Assembly (NCBI GenBank): GCA_034432995.1
Contig: DAOUAY010000060.1
Coordinates: 1-50,341 of the forward strand
Direction: 5' to 3'
DNA length: 50,341 nucleotides
Source of the DNA: Anaerolineae bacterium
GTDB taxonomy: Bacteria; Chloroflexota; Anaerolineae; B4-G1; SLSP01
Positions within the stretch are counted from its first letter, which is position 1; the number at the start of each line of letters is the position of its first letter. A model generated the notes under the pieces. That model was not told the origin of the DNA. It ran no database searches and was given only the letters and a program-made list of their open reading frames with translations. This document shows, piece by piece, positions 45,295 through 50,341 of this stretch. Made by a program: the position numbers and the translations under genes.

Positions 45295-45334
45295 CCGCGC
45301 TCCGCCCTTCCGACAAGCAACGCCAGTCAGAAAG
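45295..45334 (-). promoter_or_regulatory. Conserved leader element, copy B: 9-bp hairpin followed by GCGGAGCGCGG (ops/JUMPStart-like)
   Basis: Minus-strand RNA reads CUUUCUGAC-N11-GUCGGAAGG-GCGGAGCGCGG. It lies 33 nt upstream of ATG 45262. Differences from copy A keep pairing as G-U wobbles only in the sense orientation. Confidence 0.5.
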
Positions 45335-45545
45335 CGTCATCACTGTTTGTTGCGGGACCACCTCAGGTTGCCGGACAAAAGCCAGAAACTGAGACACTCC
45401 AGTGTGAGAAAGAATTGATACTATAGTATACTACCAACAACACAACAGAAACGGGTGATATGAATGCCCCTCCTCATATCATTGGACAACGGATGCTGGT
45501 GGTATACAGAGTCCCGTGTGAGTTGTCTATTCCAGAATATCTACT

Positions 45546-45574
45546 ATTATAACCAAAATGGTTAGAGTTTGCAA
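45546..45574 (-). promoter_or_regulatory. Candidate sigma70-type promoter for the minus-strand cluster (TTGCAA-N17-TATAAT)
   Basis: Minus strand reads TTGCAA (45574-45569), a 17-nt spacer, then TATAAT (45551-45546), within the AT-rich divergent region. It predicts a leader of more than 140 nt. Confidence 0.5.
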
Positions 45575-45640
45575 GGCGTTTGACTTTCCAACCTTTCCTA
45601 AGCCCGGAGTCATCGACGCATACTTCATCGCGAAAAGATC

Positions 45641-45668
45641 ATGACTCTCACAAAAACTGTGCTACAAT
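45641..45668 (+). promoter_or_regulatory. Weak candidate promoter for the histidine kinase gene (ATGACT-N16-TGcTACAAT)
   Basis: Extended -10-like TGCTACAAT at 45660-45668 and a -35-like ATGACT at 45641-45646. If real, it favours the ATG at 45700 as the start. Confidence 0.3.
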
Positions 45669-45699
45669 GAAATCTATCATCGGCTATCCAGATTTGACC

Positions 45700-47376
45700 A
45701 TGGAACAACAAACACAAAATCAGATACAACTGCTATTGGTGATGCCTGCAGAGGATGATGAAGCCGCAGCAGTCCGTGCCGCACTCGCACAACACCCCAT
45801 CATCGCTGTGACCCCTTGCCAGACGACCGAGATGCTGGCAGATATTCTGGCACAGCAACCGATGGACGCTGTATGCCTGACAGCAAATGGAACCAAAAGC
45901 GATAACGACAGTATAGACGTATGGATCGCCCACCTCAAGGCGCTGGACAAGCAACTTCCCATCATCGTGCTTGCGTCTCCGGCAACACGCGCCTTCACCG
46001 TCGGTCTGATGGCCGATAAGTGGATCACCGTACTCTCTGAGGATAACGTGCCGTTGCCATGTTTCCCGGCGCTGCTGCGCAAGCTGATCGACTACGAACA
46101 CGCACAGCGATCAGAGACGGATTTTTACCTGAAAGACGCCCATATCCTGATCCAGGCATTGATCTCAGCCAATACGCAACTCGCGCCACACAACGTCCTG
46201 GCAGCCACGTGCCGGCAAATCCGTCAGGCGCTTGACGTCTCATTGGTCATCGCTGGCCTGATTGAGGGGGATCAACTGGTCATTGTTGGCGAAGACCGCG
46301 AGCCGGATTACCCTTCCGCCATCGACGATGTGGTCTACCTGCCGCAGACGCCGTTCTTACAGTACGCCTTGACGACGCAGCGCACCCTCGTCTTCAGCGA
46401 TGTACAAACCGACATTCCGCGTTTAGCCGATTACCTGCATCGCGCTAAAGTGCGTGGGTTGCTGATTACGCCTCTGGTTGCCCACGACAAGGTCATCGGC
46501 ATGGTCAGCATAGAGCACGACGAACCGCGTACTTTTACCCGGCGGGAAATCGAACTCGTCAAGCTCATCGTGACTGCTGCCGCACCGGTTCTGGAAAATG
46601 CGCAGCTTCTACAGGAAACCCAGGCTGCCCAGCAACGGGCGGAAGAAGCCCTGGCCTATTTGCAACGCCTGGACACACTCAAGACACAATTTATCCAGAA
46701 TGTCTCCCACGAGCTGCGCACCCCCCTCGCTATCGTGCGCGGCTACATCGACCTCACGCTCGATAGTGCGTTGGGCGATGAGATGGAGCCGGTACTCAAA
46801 CAGTCTTTCCAGACCATCCGGACGCACATCCACCACCTGAATGCCCTGGTCGAGGCCGTTACCTTGTTGGAAGACGCCGAGACGCAACGGCTTTCCCTGC
46901 TGCCTCAGTCTGCGCTACCCATCATGCGGACAACACTACAAGCAATCAAAGAACGTGCGACGCAACAACAAGTGCAAATCATCGCCGATCTGCCACAGGA
47001 ACTCCCCATCGTCAATCTGGACGCCCACTACTTCATCCGCGCCCTTCACCAGATTCTCGACAACGCCATCAAATTCAACAGCAAACCGGGACGTATGTGG
47101 GTTACCGCGCGGGCAGAAGGAGACGAAGTGCGATTGCAGGTCAAGGATGAAGGTATCGGCATTGCCGAGACTGAGCTTCAGCACATCTTCGAGCGCTTTT
47201 ATCAGATCGATGGCACGACCAGCCGCAAGTATGGCGGTCTGGGATTAGGGCTGGCCATCGTCAAGGAAGTCGTTGCCGCCCATCATGGTCGCGTATGGGC
47301 CGAGAGTCAGGGCGCGGGATGCGGAACGACGGTGACCATAATGCTGCCCATCTACAAACCAGAGGTGGACCTATGA
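45700..47376 (+). CDS. Soluble sensor histidine kinase: receiver-like N-domain, GAF, HisKA, HATPase_c
   Basis: H-box SHELRTPL, N-box ILDNAIKFN, G-boxes VKDEGIGI and GGLGLGLAIV. GAF-like region (...LITPLVAHDKVIGMVSIEHDEPRTFTRREIELV). No TM segments. Alternative starts at ATG 45667 and TTG 45580. Confidence 0.85.
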   Translation: MEQQTQNQIQLLLVMPAEDDEAAAVRAALAQHPIIAVTPCQTTEMLADILAQQPMDAVCLTANGTKSDNDSIDVWIAHLKALDKQLPIIVLASPATRAFTVGLMADKWITVLSEDNVPLPCFPALLRKLIDYEHAQRSETDFYLKDAHILIQALISANTQLAPHNVLAATCRQIRQALDVSLVIAGLIEGDQLVIVGEDREPDYPSAIDDVVYLPQTPFLQYALTTQRTLVFSDVQTDIPRLADYLHRAKVRGLLITPLVAHDKVIGMVSIEHDEPRTFTRREIELVKLIVTAAAPVLENAQLLQETQAAQQRAEEALAYLQRLDTLKTQFIQNVSHELRTPLAIVRGYIDLTLDSALGDEMEPVLKQSFQTIRTHIHHLNALVEAVTLLEDAETQRLSLLPQSALPIMRTTLQAIKERATQQQVQIIADLPQELPIVNLDAHYFIRALHQILDNAIKFNSKPGRMWVTARAEGDEVRLQVKDEGIGIAETELQHIFERFYQIDGTTSRKYGGLGLGLAIVKEVVAAHHGRVWAESQGAGCGTTVTIMLPIYKPEVDL

Positions 47377-48053
47377 TCCCTCCTTCACAGCGCGACATAC
47401 GTTACTTACTCACCCTCTTGCTGCTCCTGCTGCTGATGGCAGCCTGCAGCAGCCCTACCCCATCACCGCCGCCCACCGCAACGGCCACAACCCCATCAGC
47501 GACTTCGTCCTTCAAAGATGACTTCGAGCCACCCAACCCAGCCTGGGCGCGCTTCGAGACAGCAGAAAGCGCTGTTTACGCGCAGGCTGGCGAGCTTTTC
47601 CTGGAAGATCGCGGCAAGGGCATCGGCGTGTACGCCCCACTCGCGAGCAAAACTTACACCGACACTATGGTGACGGTACAGGTGCGACACGTCCAGGGCA
47701 CGGTCAACAACTGGATGGGTGTCATTTGCCGCCAACTGGATCAAGATAACTATTACCTGCTGGCAATCAGCGCCGATGGTTTCTATCTAGTCCTGCGGGT
47801 CGAAGATGGCATCCAAATGCCGTTGGTCGGCCCAGAAACCAGCGATTTCATCCATACCGGTAAGGCTCGGAACGATCTGGGAGTCCGGTGCGTGGGTAAT
47901 GCGTTGTCATTGTGGGTCAACGACGAAAGAGTATCCACATACCTTGACAATGCTCTGCACGGAGCAGGAGGCGTAGCCCTCTTCTCCGATGCAGTCGAGC
48001 GCGGTGAAACGTCGGTGACAGCGTTCGACAACTTTACGCTCACGAAACCGTAG
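47373..48053 (+). CDS. Lipoprotein with Ser/Thr/Pro linker and concanavalin-like (DUF1080/LamG-like) domain
   Basis: ATG at 47373 overlaps the kinase stop (ATGA). LLTLLLLLLLMAAC lipobox. Linker SSPTPSPPPTATATTPSATSS. The jelly-roll-like assignment (NWMGVICRQLDQDNYYLLAISADGFYLV...) is low confidence. Confidence 0.6.
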   Translation: MIPPSQRDIRYLLTLLLLLLLMAACSSPTPSPPPTATATTPSATSSFKDDFEPPNPAWARFETAESAVYAQAGELFLEDRGKGIGVYAPLASKTYTDTMVTVQVRHVQGTVNNWMGVICRQLDQDNYYLLAISADGFYLVLRVEDGIQMPLVGPETSDFIHTGKARNDLGVRCVGNALSLWVNDERVSTYLDNALHGAGGVALFSDAVERGETSVTAFDNFTLTKP

Positions 48054-48088
48054 AGAGAGTGGGGATTGAGGGATCGGAGATTGCGCGA

Positions 48089-48730
48089 ATGACAGTGGAC
48101 TGGAAACGGTACGCGCAGGTAGGATTGTTGGCGGCGTGGGGGATCGCCCTCGTCGGCTATTTCGGGCCGTGGGTGGGACGGCGGGCGGCGGCGCTCGCCT
48201 GGAACGCCTACGACCTCTTCGACCTGCTGCGATTGCTGCCGGAGATCGAAACCGGCGCGCTGTCGGTGAACCTGCAAACACTGCGGTTACCATTGGTAGG
48301 ATTGGCGGTGCTGCTGCCCGTTTTCCTGGCGGACGCGCCCACAATGTGGCGCATTGGCGGCGCACTCGGGGGCGCGGTATTGGCCCTGGCGACGCTCCCC
48401 CCCTATCCCGAAATCGTGAGCGCGTGGCACACACCGGGCTGGCGCGTCCCCTTCTGGTGGGGTGTCGGCGCGATGCTGGCGGCGGGCGTTGCCATATGGG
48501 TCGCGCCGCGTCTGGGACGTTATCGCCCCTGGTTCTTGCTGATGTGGCTCGCGGTCACCGGGTTACCCGCCGCAGCGACGTTCGCCCGGCTGCTGCCCGC
48601 GCTGAGCACGCTTCACGCCGCCGAGATCGGCCCCGGTTGGGGATTCTGGGTTTGTATGGGCGGTCTGGTCTGTGCAGCCGTACTCCTATGGGCGCAAGCC
48701 CTCTCCACGCCATTCAAACGACACGACTAA
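48089..48730 (+). CDS. Polytopic membrane protein, unknown function
   Basis: ATG at 48089 with GGAGA 9 nt upstream. About six hydrophobic segments. No recognisable catalytic motif. Confidence 0.6.
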   Translation: MTVDWKRYAQVGLLAAWGIALVGYFGPWVGRRAAALAWNAYDLFDLLRLLPEIETGALSVNLQTLRLPLVGLAVLLPVFLADAPTMWRIGGALGGAVLALATLPPYPEIVSAWHTPGWRVPFWWGVGAMLAAGVAIWVAPRLGRYRPWFLLMWLAVTGLPAAATFARLLPALSTLHAAEIGPGWGFWVCMGGLVCAAVLLWAQALSTPFKRHD

Positions 48731-48760
48731 GGACTATCGACTAAAGACTATCAGACTATT
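48725..48760. repeat. Five tandem GACTAWN(N) units
   Basis: GACTAAG GACTATC GACTAAA GACTATCA GACTATT. The first unit overlaps the TAA stop at 48728-48730. The array ends 17 nt before ATG 48778. Confidence 0.8.
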
Positions 48761-48777
48761 CTGAAAGAAGGTATGCT

Positions 48778-49053
48778 ATGCAGCAAAAAACGAGTGAAGA
48801 CATCCCGATCGCGCGCATCCAGGCTGTTAAAGCGCGTCATGAAGCTGACTTGCTGAAAAAGGCTAACGTCGTCGGAGTCGGCATCGGACTGCGGATGCGG
48901 CAGGGCCGGCCGGTGGGCGGTCCCGCACTGATCGTCAATGTCACCCACAAAGTCCCCCTCGAACAACTGCGTCCCGAAGATCGCATTCCCGATATACTCG
49001 ATGGCGTGCGCGTGTGGGTGGAGGCCATCGGCGAGGTGAAGGCACAGCGATAA
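48778..49053 (+). CDS. Free-standing homolog of the N-terminal (pro-like) domain of the downstream S1 protease
   Basis: 91 aa with AAGAAGG 7 nt upstream. NVVGVGIGLRMRQGRPVGGPALIVNVTHKVPLEQLRPEDRIPDILDGVRVWVEAIGEVKAQ aligns colinearly with residues ~25-95 of the protein from 49195. Confidence 0.65.
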   Translation: MQQKTSEDIPIARIQAVKARHEADLLKKANVVGVGIGLRMRQGRPVGGPALIVNVTHKVPLEQLRPEDRIPDILDGVRVWVEAIGEVKAQR

Positions 49054-49060
49054 GAAAGGG

Positions 49061-49095
49061 AGTAAGAAGTAAGAAGTAAGAAGTAAGAAGTAGGT
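49061..49095. repeat. Tandem heptamer array (AGTAAGA x4 plus degenerate AGTAGGT)
   Basis: Read directly: four perfect units at 49061-49088 and a fifth degenerate unit at 49089-49095. Confidence 0.9.
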
Positions 49096-49112
49096 AAAGA
49101 ACTCATCATTTG

Positions 49113-49168
49113 CTGATTCACTGATTCACTGATTCGCTGATTCACTGATTCGCTGATTCACTGATTTG
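49113..49168. repeat. Tandem octamer array (CTGATTCR x6 plus CTGATTTG)
   Basis: Seven head-to-tail 8-nt units read directly: CTGATTCA, CTGATTCA, CTGATTCG, CTGATTCA, CTGATTCG, CTGATTCA, CTGATTTG. Confidence 0.9.
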
Positions 49169-49178
49169 CCATTTGCCA
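49165..49178. repeat. TTTGCCA x2 tandem heptamer abutting the Shine-Dalgarno site
   Basis: TTTGCCATTTGCCA is followed by TTTTT and then AAGGAGG (49184-49190), with the ATG at 49195. Confidence 0.8.
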
Positions 49179-49194
49179 TTTTTAAGGAGGAACG

Positions 49195-50202
49195 ATGAGC
49201 AATCAAATTATGGCGCAAGCGCGTGCAATTTACCAACAAGTACTGCCCGATCTTTTCAAGCGGCAGAACGTGGTGGCCTGTGGATTGGGCTATAAAAACG
49301 CCGAAGGACAACCCACCAGCGAACTCAGCCTTATCGTCTCCGTCACCCAGAAACTGCCCCTCGACCAACTCCTGCCACAAGACGTCATCCCCAAATCGTT
49401 GGAAGGGATGTTGACCGACGTAGTGGAGACCGGACGCATCCGCGCGCAAATCGCCGAAAACCCCAGAGGTCGCTTTCGACCGGCGCAGCCCGGCGTCTCC
49501 ATCGGCCACCGTGATATCACGGCGGGAACGTTCGGCCTGCTGGTGCAACGCGACGGCGCGCCCCTCATCCTGAGCAACAACCACGTCCTGGCCGACTCCA
49601 ACGCCGGGCGGATCGGCGATCCCATTTACCAGCCCGGTCCGGCCGATGGCGGGACAGCCATCGACCGCATCGCCGCCCTGAGCGAGTTTGCGCCATTGGA
49701 CTTCGGCGACAACCCCTCGCAATGTCGCATCGCGGACAGCGTCGCCGCAGTGCTCAACTTCATCGCTCGCGTGACCGGTTCCAGCCACCGGCTACAATCC
49801 GTGCAACAAACGGCGGGGGTCAACATGATGGATGCGGCGCTGGCCCAGCCGGACACACCCGATCTCGTCATTCCGGCGATCCTCGGCCTGGGGCTGCCTG
49901 CCGGCGTGAATACACCGGCTTTAGGGACGCAGGTGCAAAAAATGGGACGGACCACCAGCCTGACGTCTGGCTACGTTACGCAGGTCGATGTGACGGTCAG
50001 CGTAGACTATGCCGGCCGCACCGCTTTCTTCGCCGATCAGATCATCACCAGCAGCATGAGCAGTCCCGGCGACTCTGGCTCCGGCATCCTGGATATGGAT
50101 CGCCGCGCCGTTGGCCTGCTCTTCGCCGGCTCCACCACTGTGACCATCTTCACGCCCATCCAGCGCGTCTTGGATTACTTCGGCGTGCAACTCGCCCAAT
50201 AG
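49195..50202 (+). CDS. Chymotrypsin-fold (S1) serine protease with N-terminal pro-like domain, no signal peptide
   Basis: AAGGAGG lies 4 nt upstream of the ATG. Catalytic triad contexts LILSNNHVLAD (His), NMMDAALAQ (Asp) and SSPGDSGSGILD (Ser). No hydrophobic N-terminal segment. Confidence 0.8.
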   Translation: MSNQIMAQARAIYQQVLPDLFKRQNVVACGLGYKNAEGQPTSELSLIVSVTQKLPLDQLLPQDVIPKSLEGMLTDVVETGRIRAQIAENPRGRFRPAQPGVSIGHRDITAGTFGLLVQRDGAPLILSNNHVLADSNAGRIGDPIYQPGPADGGTAIDRIAALSEFAPLDFGDNPSQCRIADSVAAVLNFIARVTGSSHRLQSVQQTAGVNMMDAALAQPDTPDLVIPAILGLGLPAGVNTPALGTQVQKMGRTTSLTSGYVTQVDVTVSVDYAGRTAFFADQIITSSMSSPGDSGSGILDMDRRAVGLLFAGSTTVTIFTPIQRVLDYFGVQLAQ

Positions 50203-50220
50203 ATGCGATCTGCACAAAAA

Positions 50221-50252
50221 CAGGGGCAACGCTGACAAGCGCGTTGCCCCTG
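50221..50252. terminator. Hairpin terminator between convergent genes (12-bp GC-rich stem, 8-nt loop)
   Basis: CAGGGGCAACGC-TGACAAGC-GCGTTGCCCCTG. On the minus strand it is followed by TTTTTG (50220-50215), and on the plus strand by TGTGATTG. Confidence 0.65.
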
Positions 50253-50270
50253 TGATTGAAACCAATCGCT

Positions 50271-50341
50271 CTACCCTAACGCGACGTCCAAAATCATCAT
50301 CACGGTGAAGCCTAACATCACGCCGAAGGTGGCGAGATGTG
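50271..50341 (-). CDS. 3' end of a convergent gene encoding a hydrophobic C-terminus (membrane protein, possibly a metal-transporter type)
   Basis: The minus frame reads ...HLATFGVMLGFTVMMILDVALG then TAG (50273-50271), and the terminator hairpin follows. Only 22 codons are visible, so the family assignment is speculative. Confidence 0.3.
   Translation of the reverse strand, partial: HLATFGVMLGFTVMMILDVALG

Noticed and set aside
36-45397. Interpretation as a conventional LPS O-antigen (rfb) cluster.
   Set aside because: There are no rml/manCB-type nucleotide-sugar genes, no Wzx/Wzz and no lipid A-core genes in view. Nine surface-protein genes are interleaved, and two Wzy_C proteins (one TPR-fused) are present. 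The locus looks more like a surface-protein or S-layer-type glycan system, but this cannot be settled without genome context.
45421-45477. An 18-codon upstream ORF ([18 protein letters not shown]) in the predicted leader of the cluster.
   Set aside because: It has no Shine-Dalgarno sequence upstream and no supporting conservation that I can assess. Its ATG lies inside a predicted hairpin, so it is probably fortuitous.
45580-45699. A longer histidine kinase start (TTG 45580 or ATG 45667).
   Set aside because: The TTG start would overlap the -35 region of the divergent TTGCAA-N17-TATAAT promoter, and the extension (MTFQPFLSPESSTHTSSRKDHDSHKNCAT) is unlike a domain. ATG 45667 lies inside the candidate TACAAT -10 box. 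This remains uncertain, and 45667 cannot be excluded.
49061-49182. A possible CRISPR array at the tandem repeats.
   Set aside because: The units are 7-8 nt and directly abutting with no spacers, and no cas genes are nearby. This is a microsatellite-type tandem repeat, not a CRISPR array.
49126-49788. A 220-aa minus-strand ORF, together with 48837-49145, overlapping the protease gene and the repeats.
   Set aside because: It is antisense to a protease gene that has a complete catalytic triad and a strong SD. Its C-terminal ...NQRISESANQ is simply the translated octamer repeat.

Overview
GC-rich bacterial chromosomal window. The protein styles (DUF11-type surface proteins, YLPV tails, Thr/Pro linkers) suggest a Chloroflexota-like organism, but this is unverified. 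Positions 1-45.4 kb form one uninterrupted run of about 36 minus-strand genes, a glycan-assembly and surface-protein supercluster. It holds nine glycosyltransferases (GT4 x5, GT2 x4), two hexapeptide acetyltransferases and a NeuD-like acyltransferase. It also holds a CE4 deacetylase, DegT aminotransferase, methyltransferase, sulfotransferase and a FemAB-like GNAT. A Wzm/Wzt-type ABC exporter and two O-antigen-ligase (Wzy_C) family membrane proteins, one fused to TPRs, are present. Further genes are a B12-binding radical SAM enzyme, an ACP / AMP-ligase / AsnB-like amidotransferase / PP-loop amidotransferase block, and a NusG paralog. Interleaved with these are at least nine secreted or anchored proteins: two DUF11-tailed proteins, two BNR propellers, a tandemly duplicated pair of [WxNxGWI-repeat protein + DUF1566 protein], and a TAT lipoprotein. 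A divergent AT-rich control region lies at 45.4-45.7 kb. After it, the plus strand encodes a soluble GAF histidine kinase, a lipoprotein, a membrane protein, a free-standing protease-prodomain-like protein and an S1 serine protease. The two protease-related genes are preceded by unusual short tandem repeat arrays. The window ends with a hairpin terminator and the 3' end of a convergent gene. I saw no rRNA, tRNA, CRISPR array, transposase or integrase. The signals most worth follow-up are listed here. (1) A duplicated ops/JUMPStart-like leader hairpin together with the cluster-encoded NusG paralog. (2) Gene content resembling exosortase-A-associated or S-layer-glycan loci, with no exosortase but with co-encoded candidate glycoprotein substrates. 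(3) Shared C-terminal tails (ANPxxxYLPV..R, and PT[AS]VxLQ-TM-Arg). (4) The duplicated repeat-protein/DUF1566 module. (5) The microsatellite-like arrays upstream of the protease genes. All functional calls rest on motifs read by eye; no database search was possible.
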